Shown here: one piece after another, positions 8,205-17,918 of the stretch | Numbering within the stretch: position 1 is the stretch's first letter | Layout: the number at the start of each line of letters is the position of its first letter | NCBI GenBank assembly: GCA_017621075.1 | Contig: JAGATV010000032.1 | Location: forward strand, 11,382-75,381 | Length of the DNA: 64,000 nucleotides | Reading direction: 5' to 3' | Source of the DNA: Lachnospiraceae bacterium | GTDB lineage: Bacteria; Bacillota; Clostridia; Lachnospirales; Lachnospiraceae | Notes under the pieces: generated by a model | Told to the model about the DNA's origin: nothing | The model's input: only the letters and a program-made list of their open reading frames with translations | Database searches by the model: none | Made by a program: the position numbers and the translations under genes

Positions 8205-9572
8205 CTATGAGAGAGCCTCCTGCTTTTTGGCCAGTCTGCACACTTCCTTCCACTTTTTTGTAAAGAAAAAGGTGAACATGCAGAACATACCGAAGGCGAA
8301 GCTGATAGGGAAGCAGGCTATGACGTAGGTTCCTTCCATAAAATGATCGATCAGGTAGGCAACAGGAAGGCGCACCGCATACAGCATCATCAGATTGACC
8401 ACGGTGGGGAAACGCACTTCTCCCAAACCGTTTGCATAGCAGATAATGCCGTTAAATACGGCATAACACCAGGAGAAGGGAAGGACAATGCGGATGTAGC
8501 GGACCGCCAGGAAAAGCACGGTAGCATCGTCCGTAAAAAGCCCCAGGATGGGCTCACAGAAAGCGGTAACAAGAAGGCCGGCACTGCAGGTGATCAACCC
8601 TGAGAACAGGGGGATACGCAGGCCGCCTTTTTTTAATCGGATATAATTTTCGGCACCCAGATTCTGGCCGGAAAAGGTGGTGGCGGCGGAGGACAGGGAG
8701 GTGATCGCCACATTTGCCATGCCGGTTACCTTGGTTGCAACGGAGCAGGCGGCAATGAAAGCAGAGCCCTGGGCATTGATCAGGGACTGCATCAGGATAT
8801 GGCCTATGGAGTAGATGGAGTTGTTCAGTCCCAGGGGAAGCCCTACCCGGATGATCTCCTTTAACAGTTCCCGGTTGAGCCTTCTGGGGAGGAAGGTAAA
8901 CGCTAATTCGGGATATTTCTTTTTGATATAGGCAATGCTGAAAAGCCAGGAGGCGAACATGGCAATAGAAGTAGCCAGTGCGGCTCCGGTGACATCCATG
9001 CCAAGGGAGGCTACGAAAACCACATCCAACACAATATTGATGATACAGGAGATCAGCAAAAAGAGCAGGGAGGAGCGGCTGTCCCCCACACCTCTTAAGA
9101 TGCCTGCATTGAGATTGTAGCCCATGTTGCCAAGCGTTCCCAAAAAGATAATGCGGATGTAGGAGGAGGCGTATCCGAAAGCATCCTCCGGAACCTGCAT
9201 CATCTTTAAGACGAACGGCCCTAAGAACAGGCCGAGGATGGAAACGGGAATGGCACAGAGATACAGAAATGAGGTAGCGGTGGCAACGGTTTCTTTTAAA
9301 AGGTCGGTTTCACCGCTTCCGGTATATTGGGACACCAAGATGGAAACCCCGGTTCCAAGACCGAGGAAGATGCACAATAACAGTTCTACAGGCTGGGCAC
9401 TGGTGCCTACAGCCGCAAGGGAAACGGAGCCACAGAAATTCCCCACTACCAGGGTATCTACCGTATTATAAAGCTGCTGCAGCACATTGCCGATGCAGAT
9501 CGGCAGGGCAAAGAGAAGCACCAGCTTCATGATGGAGCCCTGTGTCATATCGATCTTTTTGGAAGATTTCAT
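8205..9572 (-). CDS. MATE family efflux transporter
   Basis: DMTQG..QQLYNTVDT..RGVGDS..GQNLGA, ~12 TM. Confidence 0.92.
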   Translation of the reverse strand: MKSSKKIDMTQGSIMKLVLLFALPICIGNVLQQLYNTVDTLVVGNFCGSVSLAAVGTSAQPVELLLCIFLGLGTGVSILVSQYTGSGETDLLKETVATATSFLYLCAIPVSILGLFLGPFVLKMMQVPEDAFGYASSYIRIIFLGTLGNMGYNLNAGILRGVGDSRSSLLFLLISCIINIVLDVVFVASLGMDVTGAALATSIAMFASWLFSIAYIKKKYPELAFTFLPRRLNRELLKEIIRVGLPLGLNNSIYSIGHILMQSLINAQGSAFIAACSVATKVTGMANVAITSLSSAATTFSGQNLGAENYIRLKKGGLRIPLFSGLITCSAGLLVTAFCEPILGLFTDDATVLFLAVRYIRIVLPFSWCYAVFNGIICYANGLGEVRFPTVVNLMMLYAVRLPVAYLIDHFMEGTYVIACFPISFAFGMFCMFTFFFTKKWKEVCRLAKKQEALS

Positions 9573-9785
9573 ATCATAACCTGCTTTCCCGGAAAGTTTT
9601 CCTAATTTGTTCCTGACAAACCGGATCTTTTTTTAGTATACACTTTATTTTGCGGGTCTACAAAGGGCTTATTTGTCCATTCCGCAAGGAAACAACTGAA
9701 ATTTTGTCTGTATTCGGATGTAAAATTATGGTAAAATAATAAAGTATACTGTTGATCCAGAAAGAAAAGGCGGGAAACAAAATAT

Positions 9786-10658
9786 ATGAAGACAAGATTC
9801 CTTCAGACAGGAGTGCTGTTGCTTTTTATAGGAATGCTGTGTGGGCTTGGTGAGGCGCAGGAAAAGGTATACGCTGCACCAAGCATGCAAGTGCAGTATG
9901 AAGCCGAAATCCAAGGGGCAGAAATCCTGAGGACGGAGGCACAAGCCGGCACAGATGAAAAGAGCAAGACACAGGGAATCAAGGCCAATGTGCCGGAAAA
10001 GGCCGGAGGGGCAAAGACCCGGGTCAGGCAGGACAGTCCCGTGATGGGAGCTGTTTTCGAGGCTACCAAGCTGCCTCTTGTGGGGATTGACCCCGGACAC
10101 CTGGGTTATACGGATGAGCGCTATTTCAACACAGGTGCGGCAAGCATCTACGGGACCATGGAATATGAATGGACCATGGAGATCGCCCTGCTGCTTAAAG
10201 AGGAGTTGGTAAAAAGGGGCTATGATGTATATCTGCTCCGCAATACCAACGATCAGAAGGAGTTCCCGTACACCAACGGACAGCGGGGAGTGGCCGCCAA
10301 CAGCATGGGCTGTGACGTGCTGGTGTGTATCCACTGGGACAGCAACGAAGATACCGGTTGGAACGGTTATCATACAATTTATAAAGAAAAAAAGAATTCA
10401 GAAAATTATCGTCTGGCCAAAACCATCAGTGACGCCTACGGGGAGGCTGTGGGAGAGCATGTTGACAAGCACTCGGAGCCGGTACCCCGCAGGGATCTGT
10501 GGGAGTTAAATGTGGCCGGCATGCCTGCAGTGGTGGTAGAATGTGGTTTTTCCTCCAATATCCGGGATGCCGCCTGGCTGGAGGATGAGGATAATTATGG
10601 TGTTATTGCCGCAGGAATTGCCGAGGGAATCGACAGGTATTTTGAGGAAGCCCCTTGA
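9786..10658 (+). CDS. N-acetylmuramoyl-L-alanine amidase (Amidase_3), secreted
   Basis: Signal peptide; IDPGH, E, CIHWD, VECGF Zn/catalytic residues. Confidence 0.88.
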   Translation: MKTRFLQTGVLLLFIGMLCGLGEAQEKVYAAPSMQVQYEAEIQGAEILRTEAQAGTDEKSKTQGIKANVPEKAGGAKTRVRQDSPVMGAVFEATKLPLVGIDPGHLGYTDERYFNTGAASIYGTMEYEWTMEIALLLKEELVKRGYDVYLLRNTNDQKEFPYTNGQRGVAANSMGCDVLVCIHWDSNEDTGWNGYHTIYKEKKNSENYRLAKTISDAYGEAVGEHVDKHSEPVPRRDLWELNVAGMPAVVVECGFSSNIRDAAWLEDEDNYGVIAAGIAEGIDRYFEEAP

Positions 10659-10725
10659 CAGAACTGTGGAAATCGCATATTGTTTGATAAGATAGGTTTT
10701 TAGTATCGAGAGAGAGGAAAAGAAA

Positions 10726-12099
10726 ATGCAGAGAGAGATCCCTTACAAGATTTATCTGGAAGAACAGGAAATGCCCAAGCAGTGGTACAATGTGCGCGCA
10801 GACATGAAAAAGAAGCCCGCACCGATTTTGAATCCGGGAACCTTGAAGCCGGTTACCGTGGCGGAGCTTTCCGGAATCTTTTGCGAAGAACTGGCAAAGC
10901 AGGAGTTGGACGAGACCACTCCCTATTTTGACATTCCCCAGGAGATCCGTGACTTCTACAAGATGTACCGTCCTTCCCCTTTGGTAAGGGCATATTGCCT
11001 GGAAGAAAAGCTGGGTACACCTGCTCATATTTATTATAAGTTTGAGGGTAACAATACCTCCGGAAGCCACAAGCTCAATTCCGCCATCGCTCAGGCTTAT
11101 TATGCAAAGAAGCAGGGACTTAAGGGAGTGACCACAGAGACCGGAGCCGGTCAGTGGGGAACTGCGCTCTCCATGGCATGTTCTTATTTTGACCTGGATT
11201 GTCAGGTATATATGGTAAAGTGTTCTTATGAGCAGAAGCCCTTCCGCAGGGAGGTCATGCGTACTTACGGTGCCAGGGTGACACCTTCTCCTTCCATGGA
11301 GACCAATATCGGACGCAAGATCAACGAGGAATTCCCGGGTACTACCGGAAGCCTTGGCTGCGCGATCTCCGAGGCAGTAGAAGCTGCCACCAGCAAGGAA
11401 GGTTATCGTTATGTACTGGGCTCCGTACTGGCCCAGGTACTGCTTCATCAGTCCATCATCGGACTGGAGACCAAAGCGGCATTGGACAAGTATGGTGTCA
11501 AGGCGGATATGATCATTGGTTGTGCCGGCGGCGGTTCCAACCTGGGTGGTCTGATCTCCCCTTTTGCGGGAGAAATGTTACGGGGAGAAGCTTCCTACGA
11601 GATGATCGCAGTAGAGCCGGCTTCCTGCCCCAGCCTTACCAGAGGAAAATATGCTTATGATTTCTGTGATACCGGAAAGGTATGTCCTCTGGCCAAGATG
11701 TATACTCTGGGCAGCGGATTTATTCCTTCTGCCAATCATGCAGGCGGGCTTCGTTATCACGGCATGAGCTCCATCGTTTCCGAACTGTACGATCAGGGCC
11801 TGTTGACAGCAAGAAGCGTAGAGCAGACAGAGGTATTCAAGGCAGCCCAGACGTTCGCAAGGGTGGAAGGCATCCTGCCTGCTCCCGAGAGCAGCCACGC
11901 CATCAAGGTAGCTATCGATGAGGCCATGAAGTGCAAGGAGACCGGAGAGGCAAAGAACATCGTTTTCGGCCTGACCGGAACAGGGTATTTTGACATGTAT
12001 GCTTACCAGAAATACAATGACGGTGAGATGAGAGACTACATTCCCACAGATGAGGAATTGGCAGCATCCCTTGCAAAGCTTCCCAAGGTGGAGCTGTAA
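10726..12099 (+). CDS. trpB2: TrpB-like PLP enzyme (TrpB2)
   Basis: GSHKLNSA, ETGAGQWG, GGGSNLGG, APESSHA motifs. Confidence 0.9.
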   Translation: MQREIPYKIYLEEQEMPKQWYNVRADMKKKPAPILNPGTLKPVTVAELSGIFCEELAKQELDETTPYFDIPQEIRDFYKMYRPSPLVRAYCLEEKLGTPAHIYYKFEGNNTSGSHKLNSAIAQAYYAKKQGLKGVTTETGAGQWGTALSMACSYFDLDCQVYMVKCSYEQKPFRREVMRTYGARVTPSPSMETNIGRKINEEFPGTTGSLGCAISEAVEAATSKEGYRYVLGSVLAQVLLHQSIIGLETKAALDKYGVKADMIIGCAGGGSNLGGLISPFAGEMLRGEASYEMIAVEPASCPSLTRGKYAYDFCDTGKVCPLAKMYTLGSGFIPSANHAGGLRYHGMSSIVSELYDQGLLTARSVEQTEVFKAAQTFARVEGILPAPESSHAIKVAIDEAMKCKETGEAKNIVFGLTGTGYFDMYAYQKYNDGEMRDYIPTDEELAASLAKLPKVEL

Positions 12100-12121
12100 G
12101 GCCAAGTGATGAGTAAGAGAC

Positions 12122-12171
12122 AAAGGAGTTGTTGCAGAAACGGGATCTCCCGGGGAGCGGCAGCTCCTTTT
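12122..12171 (+). terminator. Intrinsic terminator
   Basis: aaggagttgttgc...gcggcagctcctt + T run. Confidence 0.65.
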
Positions 12172-12245
12172 ATTAAATTTTCCTGAAAAAGTACTTCTGT
12201 CAGGGATTCTATGGTACAATAAGAAGAATTGAGCAAGGGTGCATT

Positions 12246-13145
12246 ATGGAGAAAAAAGAGGATTCCTCCGGATTTCGGTATGAGAGATATTCCGGGGAGG
12301 AAAAGTGCATAGATCTTTCGAAAGAGGTGGAAGGACGAAAGCTTACCTGTATCGGCGCCAAGGCATTCTTAAGCTGCAAGAGCATGGAACAGCTAAAGCT
12401 GCCGGATACTTTGGAGGAAGTGGAGGACTGGGCTTTTGCCCATGCGAAGAATTTAAAAGAGCTGTGGATTCCGGCCAAGAGGCTTGTCTTTGGGAAGAAA
12501 GTCTTCCTGGGCTGTGAGAGCTTAGAACGGATCTGTTTTACTGACAGGCAAACGTCGGGAAGGTACGAAGGGATCCCCTATTTTTTAGGATCTGTGGCAA
12601 GGTTTTTTCCGGAGGATCTGGCCGGAGCGCTTCTCGACAGGTTGCAGGAGGCCGGGGCGGCTGACGGGCAGTGGCAATGGCTGAAGGAGTATGACCGGGC
12701 GCTGACAGCCCTGATCAACAGACCCGATGAAGAGGGATTCGAACCTGCCTTTATCGGCTGGTTTGACGTGGAGGATGTGGATGATCAGAGGCAGAACTAT
12801 GTCCGAAAGCGCAGGGAAGACAAGATTTTCCTGGTGTTTCAGAGGCTTGGCAGGGGCGGAGCGCTCTCGGAGGAGGCCGGGGATTGCCTGCAGCGATATT
12901 TAAGAGAGCAGGAAGAGATACTCATGGGACTATTTAGAAATCGTGAAATCTATAGAGGAGATATCACATATTATAAAATATGGAAAAGGGCAGGAGGACT
13001 TACCGCTCAGCAGGCAAAAAGGCTGATGGAGTACCAAAGCGGGCAAGGGTCCGGGCAAGATCCGGAAATCGTCAGCTTCCTGCTGGAATGTCAGTTGGAA
13101 GAAAACGGACCTAAGAAGGATTTCTTTGGGGATCTGGACTTGTAA
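12246..13145 (+). CDS. BspA-type leucine-rich repeat protein with helical C-terminus
   Basis: IGAKAFLSC..LPDTLEEVEDWAF..FGKKVFLGCESLERI repeats. Confidence 0.75.
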   Translation: MEKKEDSSGFRYERYSGEEKCIDLSKEVEGRKLTCIGAKAFLSCKSMEQLKLPDTLEEVEDWAFAHAKNLKELWIPAKRLVFGKKVFLGCESLERICFTDRQTSGRYEGIPYFLGSVARFFPEDLAGALLDRLQEAGAADGQWQWLKEYDRALTALINRPDEEGFEPAFIGWFDVEDVDDQRQNYVRKRREDKIFLVFQRLGRGGALSEEAGDCLQRYLREQEEILMGLFRNREIYRGDITYYKIWKRAGGLTAQQAKRLMEYQSGQGSGQDPEIVSFLLECQLEENGPKKDFFGDLDL

Positions 13146-13174
13146 GTCCCCGGGAAGTACAGAAGGAGGACGTC

Positions 13175-13396
13175 ATGGAGCAATCAGAAAAGGAACAGAA
13201 GGTACAGCAGGTCAGTGAGCAGGATGTGGAGGCGCTGATACGGCTTTTGGATCAATATAATGAAACAGAAGGCAGCCGCATGAAGATTGATGTGGTGGAA
13301 GGAGAAGGGGGTATCGTGGACCGTAAGTATCATCACGGCCGCTGTGATGTTTGCAGTCCCTGGGCCACAGGACAGGCGTTTGACGTATTGGAGTGA
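13175..13396 (+). CDS. Small hypothetical protein (HHGRCDVC)
   Basis: AAGGAGG RBS; fills the gap in an operon. Confidence 0.7.
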   Translation: MEQSEKEQKVQQVSEQDVEALIRLLDQYNETEGSRMKIDVVEGEGGIVDRKYHHGRCDVCSPWATGQAFDVLE

Positions 13397-13423
13397 GGCG
13401 CCCGAGCAAGGAAGGAATGTTTT

Positions 13424-14578
13424 ATGAGTTTTGAAAAAGAGAAAGAACCCAAAAGAAAAGTCCTTCAGGATGATACCCTGGAGGATTGGGACACTCCCAG
13501 AAAGAGAAAGCAGCACAGCGATAACCGGGAGGTCGGCAGGACCGGACAGGGCGTAAAGGGCAAGAGTACACAAGACCGGGGCAGGCAAAAGGATCGCTCT
13601 TTAAGGCACGGGAAAAAGAAAAAGTCCCGGTTCAAACGGTTTCTCATCAAGGTGGCGATCCTGGTGGCAGTCTGTGCGGCATTGCATTATTATGCGGTGG
13701 GCGTGATCTATGATAAGATGAATTATGTGGAGACAGCATCCAATGCCGGGGGCAAAGCGCCCATCAAGGAGGATGGGGTGGTAAATATCCTGCTGATCGG
13801 TAACGATTCCCGGGAGAATGACGGGGACGGGCGCTCCGATGCCATGATCCTTTTGTCCATCAGTAACAATACGAAAAAGATCTATATGACCTCGCTGCTT
13901 AGGGATATGTATGTGGAGATTCCGGGACATGACGGCAACCGATTGAATGCAGCATATTCCTTTGGTGGGCCGGAACTTCTTATGGACACGATAGAGGAGA
14001 ATCTGGGGATCACTGTCAATCACTATGTGCAGGTGAATTTTGAGGCCTTTGCCAACCTGGTGGACGCTGTGGGCGGTGTGGACCTGGAGCTTAGCAGTGA
14101 GGAAGTGGAATATGTCAACGCTTATCTGTGGGAGTACAATATCCTGACCGAGCAGCCGGAGGGCACCCATTATATGGATACTTCCTTAAGCGGCATGCTT
14201 CATCTGAATGGGCCTCAGGCGCTGGCTTACTCAAGGAACCGATATCTGGGTACGGATTTTGGCAGGACGGAGCGTCAGAGGAAGGTCCTTGGAGAAGTGA
14301 TCGGGAAGCTTCTCAAGGCGATGATAAAGAATCCCAAGGGTGTGATGGACGGGATTTTGCCCAATCTGACCACCAACCTTACCCAAAATGAATGCTATCA
14401 GCTAAGCTTCATGGCCGGAAAGCTCCTGACTTACGATCTGGAGCAGGGCAGCATTCCTATAGAGGGAAGTTATCAGAATGTGACGATCCGTGGAATGGCA
14501 GTGATGGAAGTGGATTTTGAGGCCAATAAAAAGTATCTGGAGGATAGGATTTACGGCGGAGCAGATACACAGGAGTAA
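13424..14578 (+). CDS. LCP (LytR-CpsA-Psr) family protein
   Basis: NILLIGND, RSDAM, SLLRD, RLNAAY, DFGRTERQR; single TM. Confidence 0.92.
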   Translation: MSFEKEKEPKRKVLQDDTLEDWDTPRKRKQHSDNREVGRTGQGVKGKSTQDRGRQKDRSLRHGKKKKSRFKRFLIKVAILVAVCAALHYYAVGVIYDKMNYVETASNAGGKAPIKEDGVVNILLIGNDSRENDGDGRSDAMILLSISNNTKKIYMTSLLRDMYVEIPGHDGNRLNAAYSFGGPELLMDTIEENLGITVNHYVQVNFEAFANLVDAVGGVDLELSSEEVEYVNAYLWEYNILTEQPEGTHYMDTSLSGMLHLNGPQALAYSRNRYLGTDFGRTERQRKVLGEVIGKLLKAMIKNPKGVMDGILPNLTTNLTQNECYQLSFMAGKLLTYDLEQGSIPIEGSYQNVTIRGMAVMEVDFEANKKYLEDRIYGGADTQE

Positions 14579-14602
14579 ATGAGGATCAAGGGGGAAGAGA
14601 TC

Positions 14603-15793
14603 ATGTTTCAAAAGAGATGGAAAGCAATTTTATTGCCATGCCTGTTGTTGATAGGGCTCGTTGCCTGTGGGGAGGACTGGGATGCTGCATCCATGAAGAT
14701 CTATGTGGATCGGGAGTCTTCCGAAAAGAGTACCCAGGCAGCGGTGGTGATCCCGGAGCTGACACCGGAGCCATTGGCGGAGCCTTCAGAGGGGCCGTCG
14801 GCGTATCCTGCGCCGACCCCGGGACCGGAAGAGGTCAGGATCACCATTACGGCAGCAGGAGATGTGACGCTTGGCACCCATCAGGATCAGGATTACAGTC
14901 TGTCCTTTACCCAGGCATACAATGAAGCCATGGACGAGTCCTATTTCTTTGAGAATGTATATGATATTTTTTCGGAAGATGATATGACCATCGTAAACCT
15001 GGAGGGTCCTCTTACCCTTTCAGAGGAGAGACGGGAGGGACAGGTCTATTCCATCAAGGGAGATCCCGCTTACGCAGAGCTTTTGAAATGCGGGGACATA
15101 GAGGCTGTGAGCATGGGAAACAACCATCGTCTGGATTATGGGAGTATTGGCAGTGATGATACGGTAAAGGCGATGGAGCAGGCAGGGATCATCTATGCTT
15201 ATGATAACAATCTGGGAATCTATGAGACCAAGGGCATCCGCATCGGATTTGTGTCCGTGAACGAGGTTTCCAATGGTTATACTGTGGAAAAGATCCTGGA
15301 AGAAGGAATCGGAAAGCTGAAGGAAGATGACGTGGATCTGATCCTTGCTTGTTGTCACTGGGGCGTGGAACGGGAAAATTACCCGGAGGAGTACCAAAGG
15401 AGCCTTGGAAGAAAATGTATCGACTGGGGCGCCGATCTGGTGATCGGCCATCATCCCCATGTATTGCAGGGAATCGAGGAATATCAGGGCAGGTTCATTA
15501 TTTACAGTCTGGCAAACTTCTGTTTTGGGGCCAATCGCAATCCCACGGACAAGGATACCATGATCTTTCAGCAGACTTTTACCTTTGTGGATGGGGAAAA
15601 GAAAGAGGATCAGGCCATCCGGGTGATCCCCTGCTCGGTAAGTTCTGTAAGCAGCAGGAATGATTTCAGGCCTACCCCCGCACAAGGGGAGGAAGCCGGG
15701 CGGATCATGGACCGTATCAATGAGTACAGCAGAGATTTTGGTGTTTCCTTCGATGAGGACGGATACCTGATAAAAGAAGGAGCTTCCCAATAA
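14603..15793 (+). CDS. CapA family metallophosphoesterase lipoprotein
   Basis: LVAC lipobox; AGD, NLE, GNNH, HWG, GHHPHV, YSL motifs. Confidence 0.88.
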   Translation: MFQKRWKAILLPCLLLIGLVACGEDWDAASMKIYVDRESSEKSTQAAVVIPELTPEPLAEPSEGPSAYPAPTPGPEEVRITITAAGDVTLGTHQDQDYSLSFTQAYNEAMDESYFFENVYDIFSEDDMTIVNLEGPLTLSEERREGQVYSIKGDPAYAELLKCGDIEAVSMGNNHRLDYGSIGSDDTVKAMEQAGIIYAYDNNLGIYETKGIRIGFVSVNEVSNGYTVEKILEEGIGKLKEDDVDLILACCHWGVERENYPEEYQRSLGRKCIDWGADLVIGHHPHVLQGIEEYQGRFIIYSLANFCFGANRNPTDKDTMIFQQTFTFVDGEKKEDQAIRVIPCSVSSVSSRNDFRPTPAQGEEAGRIMDRINEYSRDFGVSFDEDGYLIKEGASQ

Positions 15794-15806
15794 GGGGTGC
15801 TCCTTT
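15776..15806. terminator. Probable bidirectional terminator between convergent genes
   Basis: aaggagc..ccc/gggg..gctcctttt. Confidence 0.5.
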
Positions 15807-15822
15807 TATGAGCGGTAAGTGA

Positions 15823-16470
15823 TCAGCTTAATAAGGCGAGGATAACGGACAGGAAAATGTTGAGGAGCCACAGACCGATGCCGATGCACATACCCACAAT
15901 GGCACAAATCTTGCCGGCTTTGGCCTGACCGCCCTTGCTGGAGTGCATACCCACTCTTGCCCTGGAAATTGCCAGGCATCCGAAGACAATGGAGAGCAGG
16001 GGGATCAGGAATGCGAACACGATAGCCAGGATGCCGAATACCAATGCCAAGGTGGCAGCGCCGGGATCATCCAGGGTCTGTACGGAAACTACATTTGTGG
16101 TCTGTACTGTGCCGTCAGCGTTGGTAGAAGTCTGTGTGTTCACAGGCTGTGAGATATCCTGCTGCAGCAGACCGATCAACTGCTCTAAGTTGGACTTGTA
16201 AGGTTTCTTCATGGCGATGCCCACAAAGCCCTCCAGATCCCACTCGCCGCCGAAGGTTCCCTTAAGCCATGCCTCCAGATGGAATACGCCGTTTTGGTAG
16301 GACCATTTTAAATATTTATAACCTTCAAACATAGGATCTCCGGCTCTGTAAGCGGGTTCTCCTTTCCAATCAGCCAGTGTGAAAGCATTTTTCTGTAAAA
16401 AGTCATTCATGATGAATTGGACGAAATCGTCCGGTTTGTTCAGTGTCACGTTTTGGATGTATCTTGCCAT
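15823..16470 (-). CDS. Membrane protein with C-terminal DUF4190-like region
   Basis: ALVFGILAI..AKAGKICAIVG C-terminal TM hairpins. Confidence 0.7.
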   Translation of the reverse strand: MARYIQNVTLNKPDDFVQFIMNDFLQKNAFTLADWKGEPAYRAGDPMFEGYKYLKWSYQNGVFHLEAWLKGTFGGEWDLEGFVGIAMKKPYKSNLEQLIGLLQQDISQPVNTQTSTNADGTVQTTNVVSVQTLDDPGAATLALVFGILAIVFAFLIPLLSIVFGCLAISRARVGMHSSKGGQAKAGKICAIVGMCIGIGLWLLNIFLSVILALLS

Positions 16471-16515
16471 TGTTCCCTCTTTCTGCAGCTATCGTCTGCC
16501 CTGTCATAAGAATTG

Positions 16516-16974
16516 CTATCTGCGTCCCTTTGCGGTCATATCATCCACAAGGATCTCATACACAGCTACCTGATCCAGAGAGGCATTGATATATTCCTGC
16601 CCCTGCTCCTTAAAGCCCGGGGAGTACTTTTCCTGCAAAAGCCGCAGGCCTAAAGTTTTGTCCCTGGCCGCCAGGGCAGTGCCGAAAACAATGACGCTTT
16701 CATACCTGGTGGAGAATTTTTCAGGCAGTACCTCAGTATTGCCCACTACCGTAAAACAGACCTTTGGCTGATGCGCTATATTATCTGCTTTGCGGCTGGT
16801 CCCCCGGGTGCCATGGAAATAGATAACACCGTCTCGGTAAGCATAGCTTACAGGCACACCGTAAGGGACATCATCCCTGCCCACGGTAGAGAGGATGCCG
16901 TATTCACCTTCGGAAAGAATCCGTTCTGCTTCCTTTTGGTCTAACTGCCGGTCTTTCCTGCGCATTTCTCTCAT
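16516..16974 (-). CDS. Pyridoxamine 5'-phosphate oxidase / NimA-like flavin-binding protein
   Basis: MRRKDR, PYGVPVSY, IYFHG, YESVIVFG. Confidence 0.88.
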   Translation of the reverse strand: MREMRRKDRQLDQKEAERILSEGEYGILSTVGRDDVPYGVPVSYAYRDGVIYFHGTRGTSRKADNIAHQPKVCFTVVGNTEVLPEKFSTRYESVIVFGTALAARDKTLGLRLLQEKYSPGFKEQGQEYINASLDQVAVYEILVDDMTAKGRR

Positions 16975-17074
16975 AGTCAAAGCCCCTTTCTCATAAGTAT
17001 GTGTACATTCATTATTTTATTACGTTACCTTATAAAAGTCCATACCTGTTTTGCTTTTTCTATGAGGACAGGGA

Positions 17075-17100
17075 ACAAAGACTGTTTTGGGGCATATAAT
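17075..17100 (+). promoter_or_regulatory. Putative sigma-K promoter
   Basis: ACA-N15-CATATAAT upstream of LysM gene. Confidence 0.5.
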
Positions 17101-17128
17101 AGGTTGAGAACACCGGAGTGAGGATACA

Positions 17129-17848
17129 ATGGATTTTTGTAGAACTATCATACACGTAGTGCAGCCGGGAGATACTTTTTACAGGCTGGCACAGCGTTAT
17201 CAGACCACCGTACCGGATATCATCCTTCGCAATCCCGGGGTGAATCCCTATAATCTGCAGATTGGCACCAGACTGCGGATCTGTGCGGGCCGGATGGAAG
17301 ACTCCCTGCAGAAGGATGAGATGGATCTTAGCAATGATATGCGGGAGGCCTGGTACCAGCATGGATTCTGGACCACGCTGTATCTGCTGAGCATGTCTTA
17401 CGCCCTGCCAAATGCGGGATCGGTGCAGGAGAGGCTGATGGAAACTGCGGATGATATTGCCGAGATATTCGGGAAATTTTATTCCCAGAAGATGGTGGAG
17501 CAGTTAAAGGCACTTTTGATGGAGCATATCGAGCTGGCAGGGCAGCTGATGGAAGCACTGCGGGATCAGAAGACCGGGGAAGCGGAGCAGATAGAGGCAA
17601 AATGGCGTCAGAATGCCGATCAGATCGCCCGGATGTTGAGCAGTGCCAACAGCGAATACCGTTACGAGGATCTGCAGCAGTTGTTCAATATGCATCTGGA
17701 TACCTTAAAACAGCAGATGATCGCAGATAATAACAACAACTACGAGGCTTTTGTAAAGGCCACGGACGAAAATACACAGCATCTGATGCAGATCGCAGAC
17801 GCCCTGACCGCAGGACTGATCAGACAGTTTTATCAAAAGCAGCAGTAA
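17129..17848 (+). CDS. LysM domain protein with helical His-rich C-terminal domain (probable spore coat)
   Basis: HVVQPGDTFYRLAQRY..NPGVNPYNLQIG; no signal peptide. Confidence 0.82.
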   Translation: MDFCRTIIHVVQPGDTFYRLAQRYQTTVPDIILRNPGVNPYNLQIGTRLRICAGRMEDSLQKDEMDLSNDMREAWYQHGFWTTLYLLSMSYALPNAGSVQERLMETADDIAEIFGKFYSQKMVEQLKALLMEHIELAGQLMEALRDQKTGEAEQIEAKWRQNADQIARMLSSANSEYRYEDLQQLFNMHLDTLKQQMIADNNNNYEAFVKATDENTQHLMQIADALTAGLIRQFYQKQQ

Positions 17849-17860
17849 AAGGGAACCCCA

Positions 17861-17912
17861 TAAGGCACCTGTCAGAAAGACGTTGCAGTTTTTGTGGCAG
17901 GTGCTTTATAAT
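17861..17912 (+). promoter_or_regulatory. Hairpin terminator overlapping a sigma-A promoter
   Basis: aaggcacctgtca/tggcaggtgcttt stem; TTGCAG-N18-TATAAT ends 6 nt before ATG 17919. Confidence 0.55.
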
Positions 17913-17918
17913 GGGGAT

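Noticed and set aside
12270-12300. Possible short in-frame deletion at the LRR protein N-terminus (FRYE-RYSG)
   Set aside because: Cannot be told from natural variation without an alignment.
14603-15793. Poly-gamma-glutamate capsule operon
   Set aside because: capB and capC are absent; the CapA domain is a generic metallophosphoesterase.
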